Assembly: GCA_963827655.1 (NCBI GenBank)
Contig: CAWHCF010000041.1
Span: forward strand, 1 to 64,000
From: an uncultured Acidobacteriota bacterium
GTDB taxonomy: Bacteria > Acidobacteriota > UBA6911
Length of the DNA: 64,000 nt
Direction: 5' to 3'
Below the pieces are notes generated by a model that saw only the letters and a list, made by a program, of their open reading frames with translations, had not been told where the DNA came from and searched no databases. The translations under genes were made by a program, and so were the position numbers. Of the stretch, positions 51,747 to 62,605 are shown piece after piece. The number at the start of each line of letters is the position of its first letter. Positions within the stretch are counted from its first letter, which is position 1.

Positions 51747-54700
51747 ATGATTCGAGTATACCTTCTCGTCTGCGCTCTGAGTGTGAGCGTGGGCTTCTTC
51801 GTTGTTCGCACAAGGCGGTGAGTCGACACAAATCCTCGGGATCGTCGAGGACAGCACGGGAGCAGTGATCCCGGGAGTCGCCGTGACTGCAACTCACATG
51901 GCCACCGGCCAGACCCGGAAAACCGTTACGGGAGATTCAGGCACGTATGTGTTCCCATTGATGACTCCGGGCGAGTACACCGTGCGCGCCGAAATGCAAG
52001 GCTTCAAGACCGACGTCCGAACCGGGCTGATTCTGCAGCTGAATCAGAAGGCTCGCGTCGACTTCCAGCTCCAGGTAGGCGCCGTCAGTGAATCGGTGGA
52101 GGTCAGCGCAAAAGGCATTATTCTTCACACCGATGACGCCACCATGGGCAATGTCGTCGAGCAGAAGCGGATCATCGACCTGCCCTTGAACGGACGAAAC
52201 TTTGCCAATCTCGCCGGTCTGATGCCGGGGGTGATCAAGGGCATCTCGTCGAACACGAACCAGTATGGCCGGCGCGATACCGCCATCGCCATCAGCGCGA
52301 ACGGCATGCGTGAAAACCAGGGGCAGGTGCTCTACGACGGAGTCAGCACCGCCTGGAACATCAATAACGCGACATTCTTCAAGGCGTCCATCGAAGCCAT
52401 CCAGGAGTTCAAGGTGCACGCCGGCACTTACACGTCGGAATACGGTCACAATGCCGGCGCGCAGGTCGAGATCCTCACCCGGCCTGGAACGAATCAGTTG
52501 CACGGCGCCTTCTTCGAATTCTTGCGCAACGATAACTTCGATGCGCGAAACTATTTTCGTCCAGAACCGCTGAGCAAAGACGTGCTGCAGCGCAACCAGT
52601 TCGGCATGGTGTTGAGCGGCCCGGTCTACATTCCTAAACTGTACAACGGCCGCGACAAGACGTTCTGGATGGTCAACTACGAAGGTCAGCGGGAGAAGAA
52701 TGAGGCCGCCTCGATCGCGTCGGTGATACCCGTGGATTTCAGGCGCGGGGATTTCAGCGCCATCACGACTCAGCTGCGTGACCCGACCGGCGGTGTTTTT
52801 CCGGGCAACATCATTCCGGAAAGCCGGATCGAGCCGATCTCACGCCGTTATCTGGAGATGCACCCGCTGCCGAATCTTCCGGGGATCGGCTCGAACCTGG
52901 CGGGCGTCGATCAGCAGCTGAACAATATCAACCAGCTGTTCACACGCGGCGACCACAGCTTCAGCGACAAGGACAAGCTGTTTGCCCGCGTCGCCTTCTT
53001 CAAATTCGACTTCCCCACGATTCCGATCAACTATTTCTCGACCATCGACAGCAGAATCAAAGCGAGCAACGCGGTGCTCAGTCACACCCACATCTTCAGC
53101 CCGACACTGCTTAATGAGGCCAAGATCGGCTACAACCGCAACTGGATTCTGCGCAAGAACCCCCGCACCAACACGGATTTCGATCCGGAGTCGGTCGGGT
53201 TGAGGGGCATCCGCGCCGGCGCAGGCGCAGGTCAGTCGCGCCCCCTGTCGCCGCTGGAGACGGGATACCTGCCTATAACCGCCGCCGGATATCTGACCAT
53301 GGGTGACGGCGACCTGCTCCCTGATTACAACATCAGCGAGACCTGGCAGTTAGTGGACAGCATCACCTGGAACCGCGGCGTCCACACGTTCAAGGCGGGC
53401 ATCGACTTCCGCAGGCTGCGCATGGATCGTGCCGGCGCGAACGTCCCGCGCGGAGCGTTCCAGCACAATGGCCAGGTGACCGGCAACTCGGCGGCCGATT
53501 TTCTCATCGGCTATCTGTCGCAATCGCAGTCACCCGAAGGAATCCTGCCGGTCGAGTTTCGCCAGCACACCTACGCCTGGTACATTCAGGACGACTGGAA
53601 GGCCGGGCGCAAGCTGACGCTGAACCTCGGCCTGCGATATGACTATGTCGGAACCGTGGACGAGATCAACGGCATCCAGCGCGCTCTGCGGCTCGACCAG
53701 CCGGGCGGCTACCTTTACCCCGAGACCCCGGGCCCGCGCGAAGAAGTCATTCACCTATACACCGCCGAGAAGAACCGCTTCTGGCCGCGAGTCGGTCTCG
53801 CCTACCGCCCGGCGGATGGCTGGGTTGTCCGGATCGGCGGCGGCGTCTTCAACAACGCCAACCAGATGAACAATCTCACCGTGTTCTCCGATCCCGAGCG
53901 GCGCGCATCCATCACCTTTGTCGGGGACCCGTTGAACCCGTCGGCACTCACGTATGCGAATCCCTTCCCGATCGGCCTCGAGGCCGCGGCGCCTCCGATC
54001 AACGTCGTCTACATCGCGCCCGACCGGGTGAATGCTTACAACGTGCAGTGGAGCGCCTCGGTACAGCGCCAGCTTTCGGAATCGACCGTCCTGGAAATGG
54101 CCTACGTGGGCAGCCAGGCGTCGCATCTCGACAATAGCCGCAACCTGAATGACGCGCCTACGGGCACGGGCGCCTTCCAGCCGCGGCGGCCTTATCCGCG
54201 CTGGGGCACGATCCGCTACCTGGCGAGCGACGGCAAGTCTTACTACCAGTCGATGCAGCTCCGTGCAGAGCGCCGCTTCAGCCGTGGCTTTTCTTTCCTG
54301 TCAAGTTACACCTGGGCGCACAATATCGACCAGGCGTACGGGACCAACGAGTCCCTGCCCTTCACGCCGGGCGGCGTCCAGAACCAGGACTGCTTCGCGT
54401 GCGAGAGGTCTGACTCAGGGTTTGATTACCGCCATCGATTTACCACCAGCTTCATGTGGGATGTGCCGGCGCCCGCCGCATGGACCGGTTTCAGAGGGGT
54501 TCTCCTAAGGAACTGGTCGCTGAACGGCGTCGTGGGATATCAGACGGGATTTCCGTTCACGGTCACCCAGCAGGGCAATCGTCAGGGAACGAGCTCGGCC
54601 ACGCAGCGGCCCGATTACGTCCCCGGACAGAATCCCAAGCTCGACAACCCGGATCCCACGCGCTGGTTCAACACGGATGCGTTCCAGTTCGCCAATCTCA

Positions 54701-54948
54701 AGTACGGCGCGGTAGGGCGCAACACGCTCAGGCAGCCGGGCATGAAGGTGTGGGACCTGGGACTGTTCAAGGAATTCCCGATCACCGAAGGTCAGCGTAT
54801 CCAGTTCCGGTATGAAGTGTTCAACGTGTGGAACACGCCCCAACTCCGCGCGCCCAACGCGCAGCTTGGGGGGCCCTCTTTCGGTCAAATCACTTCCACC
54901 TGGCTCGACAATCGCCAGATGCAGTTCGCGTTGAAGTACCTGTTCTGA
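51747..54948 (+). CDS. TonB-dependent receptor (Oar-like); frameshift in the signal peptide
   Basis: GGAGG RBS plus MIRVYLLVCAL.. shifting into FAQGGESTQILG.VED; LPLNGRNF, QDDWK, RQMQFALKYLF. Confidence 0.92.
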
Positions 54949-54987
54949 TTCGTGTGGTTTGTTGCGCCGTCTCAGCGAAGCAGACCG

Positions 54988-55199
54988 GCGCTGGAGTGTG
55001 GCGCGCGAATTAGCCCCGGGCAAGTGACGCGCAGCCCGGGGTTAGGCGGTTAATAGTCAATGCGACCTGGAGGGGCGCCGGAGCAACGAAGGGCAGCGTC
55101 CAGCGCCCCTCCGGGGCGCATTGCTTTGCTTGTGCCGTGACCGTGGGGCCGCGCTTCTAGCTTGCCACCGGCTAATTTCCTTCGCCCATGTCAGGGCGC
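54988..55199. repeat. REP/BIME-like palindrome cluster
   Basis: TAGCCCCGGG..GCAGCCCGGGG, CTGGAGGGGCGC..GCGCCCCTCCGGGGCGC, CCACCGGCTAATT..CGCCC..CAGGGCG; same style as 33629-33807. Confidence 0.7.
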
Positions 55200-55338
55200 G
55201 AAGCTGACGTAACCGATTCGTTCTGGGCCAACTACAAGCATGCGTTGAAGCGTTCTGAGCTTGCCAATCGCCTTAGGTTGGCGAGGCTTGCTTCGCCGGC
55301 AAACGCAAAATTGAAATTTCCGGAGAAATAGAGAAATC

Positions 55339-56586
55339 ATGCGTAAGATCCTTGCGGCACTCTTCGCGCTGGCATCGTCCCTCGGCGCGCAAACCCCCAC
55401 CTACGATCTGCTCCTCAAGGGCGGCCATGTCATCGATGCCAAAAACCAGATCAACGCGCCGATGGACGTCGCGGTAACAGGCGGAAAAATCGCGCGCGTG
55501 GCGCCGAATATCCCGGCGGCGCAGGCGCGGAAGACAATCGACATCGCCGGATTGACCGTGGCGCCCGGATTCATCGATATCCACGTTCACGTCTATCCAC
55601 GGCCGGAGAATACGTCGATGTCGCGGGACAGCAGCGTCCAGCCCGATGCCTTCTCCTTCCGCAGCGGCGTGACCACCGTGGTCGACGCGGGGACCTCGGG
55701 ATGGCGCACGTTCCCCGACTTCCGCCGCCGCGTGATCGACAAGGCGCAGACACGGGTGCTCGCGCTGCTGAACATCGCCGGCGTGGGTATGGGCACGGGC
55801 AGTGAGGATGACCTTGCGGAACTCGACGCCGACGCGGCGGTCAAGATGGCGAAAGCCAATGCGGACGTCATCGTCGGTTTCAAGTCCGCTCACTTCGCCG
55901 GGCCCGGCTGGGAGTCGATCGAAGCCGCGGCGAAGGCAGGAAAAGCCGTCGACAAGCCCGTGATGGTCGACTTCGGGTATCTGAACCAGGTCCGCAATCT
56001 CTCCACCCTGCTGCTTGACAAGCTACGGGCAGGAGACATCTACACGCACTGCTACTCCGGTCATCGCGAGGAGCTGCTCGAGACCGGCAAGGTCAATCCG
56101 GTTATGACCGGCGGCCGCAAGCGGGGCATCTTTTTCGACATTGGTCACGGCTCCGGGAGCTTCTACTGGTACGTTGCCGTGCCCGCATACGAACAGAGTT
56201 TCTATCCGGATTCCATCTCGACCGACCTGCACATCAGCAGCATGAACTCCGGGATGAAGGACATGGCCAATGTCATGTCGAAGATGCTGAATCTGGGTTC
56301 GCCCCTGGACCAGGTGATTCAAATGTCGACCTGGAATCCGGCCCGGGAGATCAAACGCCCCGATCTGGGGCATCTCGATGTGGGCGCGGAAGCAGACGTT
56401 GCCGTGGTGCGCGTCGACCGCGGCAAGTTCGGATTCATCGATTCGGCCGGCGCCGCGAATGCCGGGGACCGGTTGATCGTCTCAGAATTGACCCTGCGCA
56501 AGGGCCGAGTCGTGTGGGATCTCAACGGCCGGGCGAGCGAAAACTGGAAAGCATTCCCGTACGAAAAAAAGGCCTGGAAGAAGTAA
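55339..56586 (+). CDS. Secreted amidohydrolase/deacetylase (dihydroorotase-like)
   Basis: Signal peptide; LLLKGGHVID, PGFIDIHVH, GVTTVVDAG, VGFK, THC, DIGHG, ISTDLH. Confidence 0.9.
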   Translation: MRKILAALFALASSLGAQTPTYDLLLKGGHVIDAKNQINAPMDVAVTGGKIARVAPNIPAAQARKTIDIAGLTVAPGFIDIHVHVYPRPENTSMSRDSSVQPDAFSFRSGVTTVVDAGTSGWRTFPDFRRRVIDKAQTRVLALLNIAGVGMGTGSEDDLAELDADAAVKMAKANADVIVGFKSAHFAGPGWESIEAAAKAGKAVDKPVMVDFGYLNQVRNLSTLLLDKLRAGDIYTHCYSGHREELLETGKVNPVMTGGRKRGIFFDIGHGSGSFYWYVAVPAYEQSFYPDSISTDLHISSMNSGMKDMANVMSKMLNLGSPLDQVIQMSTWNPAREIKRPDLGHLDVGAEADVAVVRVDRGKFGFIDSAGAANAGDRLIVSELTLRKGRVVWDLNGRASENWKAFPYEKKAWKK

Positions 56587-56602
56587 CGCGAATTTCCCCA
56601 CC

Positions 56603-59600
56603 TCAATTCGTAAGATCAGCTTCAAACCAAACTGCACGATCCGCGGCAAGTTGCCCTGCGCGCTGACGACGCCGTATTGAGCGTTACCGAAGGCCTGGTT
56701 AGGCGGCGCGAAGCGTGGCGTGTTAGAGATGTTGAATACTTCGGCGCGGAACTGGAGGTTCCAGCGCTCGGCAATGCGCGTGTTCTTGGTAAGGGTGAAG
56801 TCAACCTGGGAAGTTCCGTCGCTGCGACAGCCGTTGAACGTGCGGGGCGCGTTGCCGAAGGTATACGCCGGCGGGTTGGAAAACGGCGCGCGATCCAGCC
56901 ATTGATCAGGTGTTGGATTCGCCGCGCACGGGTTCTGGCCGTCCCAGTTCGGGCGCTGGCCGCCGCCTTGCGAGAAAGTATTGTTCACGTTCGAGTTTAC
57001 ACCGAGCGGTCCGCCGGAAAAACCCACCCAGATTCCGCCCACTTGCCACCCGCCCAGCGCCTTGCCGACGGCGCCCTTCGAGTTGCGGAGAAACGGCAGT
57101 TCATAGACGGCGTTGAGAACATAGCGGTTCGTCTGGTCCAGCGTCGAGCTGGCCCATTCAGCCGCAAGGTCGTTATTGTTCTGGAACGCTGCCCCGCCGA
57201 GCGTTTCGCCGGCAAAGGTCCCGATGCCATAGTCCATCAGCTTCGAATACGTGTGGGAAGCAATCAGGATCAGTCCTGACGCGTAGCGCTTCTCGACCCT
57301 GGCCTCCAGCGCGTGGTAGTTCGAGGTGGCCCAGGAAGCCAGGTTGGAGGTCACGCTTTGAAAGTGCGGGTAGGGCCGCAAGAGTTGGGCGCGGGCAACC
57401 ATCGGTTGAGCGAGCGGCCCGACTTGAATCTGGCCGAAGAAGGGATTGGCGACCTGAGTGCGGAGACCGTCGCCGAGAGCGAGAGCGGAGTCGGGAAGCT
57501 GGTTCAACTCGCGGTTTTGGGAGAAGCCGACGCCGCGACTGCCGGCGTAGCCCACTTCGACCACGATGTTCTTGGGCAGCTCATACTGGATGTTGAAATT
57601 CCACTGGAAGCTGTAGGGCGTGTAGTTGCTCCGATCGAAGAAGCTCACGCTCTGGCCCAGCAGAGTGGCGGCGCCGAGGCTATTACCAGTAGCTTGATTG
57701 AATCCGTCGGGATAGGGATTGGACCAGCTGAAGACGGGGGTGACGCCATCGAGACTGGTGACGGCTTGCGTGCTCGCCTGGAAGCCGGAAGTGCCAAAGG
57801 CCCCGGAGCCGGTGCCCACACCGGTGGTGGACGAGTAGAAGAGACCCCCGCCGGTGCGGATCACGGCTTTCGGCGTCAGCACGGTAGGCGATGCCGACGC
57901 GGGGAGCGATGTTGTTGCGGTCCGGAACGGCGTTCTGGCGTGGAAGCCCGCCCACACCGACGAAGGTGAGCGCGCCCTTCAAGTCGAAGCCAGGAGCGGT
58001 GAGAGGAGGCGCGAGGCCGTAGTCGAAGTTGGTGAGCTGGTTGAAGCGGTCGACGCGCGGCGATTCATAATCGTAGCGAATTCCGAGATTGAGCGTGAGT
58101 CTGGGGGTAACGCGCCATGAGTCCTGCACGAATGCCGCCCAGTAACTGATCGATTGGGCGAGGGCGGGCGCGGGCGTGACGCCCCCTCCGCCAATGCCCA
58201 GCAAGAACGAAGCCAGCGCCGAGCCGGCGGTGGCGGTCGACTGCGCAGGGTTGGGCCCCTGGGTCCATTGGGGCGTAAAGCCGAAGGTGGTGCTGGTGTC
58301 GCCGGTCTGCTGGTTATTGAACTGGATGACTCGGAACTCGCCTCCGGCTTTCAGCGTGTGTTTGGTGAGATTCTTGCTCAGGTTGGCCTGGGCGGCGTGC
58401 GAGGTGTTGCCGAGACGGATCAGGTCGGTTGCTCCCACCAGCCCTCCGACGATAATGTTGGGGATCGATCCGGTCATGTTGAATCCGGTAATGGTGATCG
58501 CGGGAAACGCCTGGGGGTCGCCGATCGCATCCTTCAGATAGGCCGGCAGGCCGAGCTCGGTGATATCGAATCCGTCGGAGTAAGGACGGCGGTTGTTGAC
58601 CAGGCGTGTGACCGAATAGCGGAAACTGCCCAGTAAAGTCGGCGAGAAGGTGTGGGTGTCTTCGATGACGGCGTTGCGGCGCGTGAAGACTTGCGGGCCG
58701 GCGGTCGGCGAGGCTGCCAGCGCTTCGGGTGTGGCTTGACCGTAGACCGGGGCGCGGCGGAAGGGCGTGTCGTCGTAGGAGTAGCGGCCGAAGATGCGGT
58801 TGGAGTTGTTGATGCCGTGGTCGAGGCGGATGCTGTAGCTGTTCTTGTCGACGATGTTGCCGTCGGTGCGCGTGAAATTCTGGACGCCCGTGATCGGGTT
58901 GCCCTGCCGTGTTGGGCCTCTGGAAATAGCGCATGATGTTGCGTGCAATGGGGTCGATGCGCGTGGCGGGAATGACGTTTCCCGGGAAAGCGTCGCGAAT
59001 GAAGCCCGTGCCGCTCGGCCTGGTGGTGGCAGGGTCGTAAATGATGATGGGCTGATTATTGGCATTGCGCAGACCGCTGAAGTCACCGGCGAGCTGGCTG
59101 GGATCCGGAGTGGTGCCGGTGAAGGTAATGCCCTGGACGAAGCGGACGAGTTCGACGTTAACGAAGAAGAAGGTGCGATCGCGGCCGTTGTAGACCTTGG
59201 GAAAGACGACCGGACCGCCGACGGTGCCGCCAAACTGGTTGAATCTGAAGGGAGCGCGCGGCTGGCCGCCCCGGTTGGCAAACCAATCGTTGGCGTTGAG
59301 CTTGTCGTTGCGGAGAAACTCGTAGAGGGAGAAGTGGAGATCGTTGGTTCCGCTGCGGGTGACGACGTTGAAGACGCCGCCGGCCGAACGGCCGAATTCC
59401 GCGCTGAAATTGTTGGTCTCGACCTTGAATTCCTGGACCATGTCGGGATTGGCGTTGATGACGGGCTGGTTTTGCGAGGGAGCGGAATTGGGAGCGCCGT
59501 CAAGCAGGAATTCATTCGCGCTGGCGCGCTGGCCGTTTATCGAATAGGAGACGGTGCTGATCTGGTCGATTACCAGGTTGTTCACGCCGAAAGAGGGTCG

Positions 59601-60065
59601 TACCGCAGGAACCAGCATGGCCAGCGCATAGGTGTTGCGCCCCAGCAGCGGCAGTTCGCTTACCTGGCGGTTGCCGATCACCTGGCCCACTGTGGAGCTC
59701 TCGCTGTCAAGCAGCGGGGTCTGCGCCTGCACCTCGATGGTCTCGCTCAGCGCGCCGACTTTCAGGGTGATATCGAGACGCACTACTTGCTGGACCGTGA
59801 GTTCGAGGCCGGTCTGCTTCACCGGAACAAAGCCCTGTTTGGTCACGTTCAATTCGTAGTGGCCGGGCGGCAGCGCCGGGAGCGTGTAGTAACCCTCGGA
59901 GGTTGTCTCCGTGGTTGTCGTGAGTCCGGTATCGGTCGCGCGGGCGGTGACCGAAGCCTGCGGGACCACTGCGCCGGTCTGGTCGGTGATGCGGCCCGTG
60001 AGAGTGGCAACCTGGGCGAGCGCGGCCGAAGCGCACAATAGAAGGACAAAAGCGAGACGGGTCAT
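56603..60065 (-). CDS. TonB-dependent receptor (Oar-like); frameshifts near 58910, 57880 and at the C-terminus
   Basis: LTGRITDQTG, LPLLGRN, AEFGRSAGG, QDSWRV, APRVG, PRIVQFGLKLI across three ORFs. Confidence 0.9.
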
Positions 60066-60128
60066 AGCGGCTAAGGCAACGACAGGTGTGAACAAAACGC
60101 CTCTAATCAACATGGGCTCTCCTTCATA

Positions 60129-60175
60129 GCAACCAAAGTGTTCTTGGTGTTCCTTCGTGTCTTCGTGACTTTGTG
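60129..60175 (+). repeat. Left half only of the tandem-armed hairpin element
   Basis: GCAACCAAAGTGTTCTTGGTGTTCCTTCGTGTCTTCGTGACTTTGTG matches the left part of copy 4 up to the central loop. Confidence 0.8.
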
Positions 60176-60191
60176 CTATTCGGATCTGCTG

Positions 60192-62291
60192 CTAACTCTC
60201 ACCATTCAACCAGCGCTTCAACCAGGCATGCACTTCCTGATAGAAAAATCTGCTGTTTTCTCCCTTCAGAATCCAGTGGTTTTCCTCGGGAAATACAATC
60301 AGCCTGCTTGGTATCTTCAGGCGTTGATGAACACTCCAGTTCTCGATCGAGTTGTTCATCGGCACCCGGAAATCATTTTCGCCCACGGTAATCAACATTG
60401 GCGTGCGGAACTTGGATGCGTACCGGATCGGGTTCTGCTCCCGCCAGACCGGGCCTTGCTCCCACACGGGGCCACCGTTGTTGACTTCGCGCGAGTAGAT
60501 CGTGTCGCTGGTGCCCCACTGCGACTCCAGACTGACCAGGCCGGCGTGATTGATCAGGCATTTATATCGCGTCGTAGTCGCCTGTAACCAGCTCGACAGA
60601 TGGCCGCCATAACTCGCGCCCCCAGCGGCCTGCCTTGACGCGTCGATGAACTTGAACTGTCTGATCGCTTCATCAGCGGCTTCGTTCAGTTCCTCGCCTG
60701 GGCCTTTGAGAGGATCACCCTGAATCTCCTGAGCGAACTTTTCGCCGTATCCGGTCGAGCCGGTGTAATCGGTCATCAAGACGATGTAACCCGGCTGGGC
60801 GAGCAAGTGATAGTTCCAGCGAATGAAAAACTGGTCCCGGGTCATCGTGTGAGGCCCGCCGTGTATGAAGACGAACAGAGGGTACTTCTTGTTCTCGTCA
60901 AAGCCGGGCGGCAGGGCGATGAGGCTGTGAATCCGTTTGCCGCGCTTACTCGTGAACCAGAAATGACGCAGCGGCTGCCATTCAATCTGCGCCACCCGTT
61001 CACCATTAAAATCGCTGATCGGCTTATGGGTCCGGGTCCCGAGATCAACCCGCACAACTTCAGCAGGATTTGTCGCACTCTCCCAATCGGCAAAAAGCAT
61101 TGCTGATGGCGCCGCCGACGGAATGGCCAGATTCGTATAAACCCCGCGGGTCACATCCATGGCCGGCTTGACCTCCCCGCCACTGGCTGGAACCGAATAG
61201 AGTTTTTCGTTACCCGCCTCTTCGGCAAGCAAAAAGATGGTCTTGCTGTCCGGCGTAACCGCGAAGCCGGAAGGCGCGCGGTCGAAATTCGCGGTAAGCA
61301 CTTTTCGATCGCCCATTGCCGGCCAGGTAAAGCTGACAATTCGATTAAGGTTGTAGACTCTGTCCGTATTCGGCACAAAATTGCAGTAAAGAGCTTTCCC
61401 ATCCGGGCTGAATTTCGGTCCATAGTGGCTGTCTTTACCGGCTGTCAACCGCTTCGGCTCCCCGCCGTTCGAGGAAACTTGGAAAAGGTCGGTATTGGTT
61501 TCAGAGTAAGCCGCGGCGCTGCGGTTGGTCATAGCGACAAAGACAACCGATTGGCCGTCGGGCGACCAGATCCCCTGCAATTCATCACCCCCTGGAGTCG
61601 TGGGTCCTGAAAATCCCGGCTCGGCGACGAGCTTGGTTCCCGCCAGCAAATCTTTCGGTTTTGCGCCGGGTTCCAATGACTGGACAAAGATGTGCGTCTG
61701 CAGTTCATCCAACCAGCGATCCCAGTTGCGGATCGGGAAGCCATCATAGACTCGCGCGCGATACTTACGCGCCTTTCGTTCGGCCGCGATCTTCTTGTTC
61801 GCTTCGTCGTCGATCGCGCCCGGATAGACACTGCTCGCGAACAGAATTGCTTTGCCGTCCGGACGCCACTGCGGGCTTCGCGCCCCGGTTGAAATCGAAG
61901 TCACGCGGGCCGCCTCGCCGCCATCAACTATGTCGATCACATAAATCTGATTGACTTCATCACCTTCACGCCTGGCAGAAAATGCTATGCGACGACTGTT
62001 GGGGCTCCAGACTGCTCCGCTCTCGGCGCCCCGGGTTGCCGTTAACCGGCGTGGTTTCGCGCTCCCGTCTCCCGGCGCAATCCAAAGATCGGATACCTGG
62101 TCTTTTTCGTCGTAGGCAGGTTCGATTACCGAAAAAGCCACCCATTTGCCGTCGGGGCTTGGCACCGGCGCTCCGACGCGTTTCATCAGCCACACGTCTT
62201 CGTGAGTGATCGGGCGCCTGGTTTGCGCGAGCGCCGTAGACGAAACGAGCAGCCCGAAGAGTGCGATGAAGATGGTGCGAGGCTTGAACAT
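60192..62291 (-). CDS. S9 family (prolyl-oligopeptidase clan, DPP5-like) secreted peptidase
   Basis: Signal peptide; PD40 propeller; IHGGPH, GSTGYG, GASYGG, D.RVP, ENHW catalytic triad motifs. Confidence 0.93.
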   Translation of the reverse strand: MFKPRTIFIALFGLLVSSTALAQTRRPITHEDVWLMKRVGAPVPSPDGKWVAFSVIEPAYDEKDQVSDLWIAPGDGSAKPRRLTATRGAESGAVWSPNSRRIAFSARREGDEVNQIYVIDIVDGGEAARVTSISTGARSPQWRPDGKAILFASSVYPGAIDDEANKKIAAERKARKYRARVYDGFPIRNWDRWLDELQTHIFVQSLEPGAKPKDLLAGTKLVAEPGFSGPTTPGGDELQGIWSPDGQSVVFVAMTNRSAAAYSETNTDLFQVSSNGGEPKRLTAGKDSHYGPKFSPDGKALYCNFVPNTDRVYNLNRIVSFTWPAMGDRKVLTANFDRAPSGFAVTPDSKTIFLLAEEAGNEKLYSVPASGGEVKPAMDVTRGVYTNLAIPSAAPSAMLFADWESATNPAEVVRVDLGTRTHKPISDFNGERVAQIEWQPLRHFWFTSKRGKRIHSLIALPPGFDENKKYPLFVFIHGGPHTMTRDQFFIRWNYHLLAQPGYIVLMTDYTGSTGYGEKFAQEIQGDPLKGPGEELNEAADEAIRQFKFIDASRQAAGGASYGGHLSSWLQATTTRYKCLINHAGLVSLESQWGTSDTIYSREVNNGGPVWEQGPVWREQNPIRYASKFRTPMLITVGENDFRVPMNNSIENWSVHQRLKIPSRLIVFPEENHWILKGENSRFFYQEVHAWLKRWLNGES

Positions 62292-62308
62292 ATAGAACTC
62301 CTATGTAA

Positions 62309-62359
62309 TGCGAAACAAATACCACGGGACACGAAGACGCGAGGAAACACCAAGGGTTC
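62309..62359 (+). repeat. Right half only of the tandem-armed hairpin element
   Basis: TGCGAAACAAATACCACGGGACACGAAGACGCGAGGAAACACCAAGGGTTC matches the loop and right arm of copies 4 and 5. Confidence 0.8.
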
Positions 62360-62562
62360 GCGCAGAAGTTCGCATTCTGCTGGCAGGCCCCAGGACTGCT
62401 GGCTAGGCGCGAGCGACGATGCGTACCGGTGCGGTACGTGAGAGAGCGAGCAACAAAGCCAGCGGGCCTGCGGGCCGCAGCTCGAAGGGGCGCGATGCTC
62501 AGCGTGCTTAGCGAACAGAAACCGGTTCATGATTGACCGTCGGCTTTCGCGCCAGAATGTGA

Positions 62563-62605
62563 AGTTATTTCTGAGCGAGCCCTTAGGGCCCGCGCAAAAA
62601 TAACT
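62563..62605. repeat. Abutted IS terminal inverted repeats (IR-IR junction)
   Basis: AGTTATTTCTGAGCGAGCCCT-T-AGGGCCCGCGCAAAAATAACT: 18/21 inverted match, 180 bp upstream of the transposase ATG. Confidence 0.75.
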
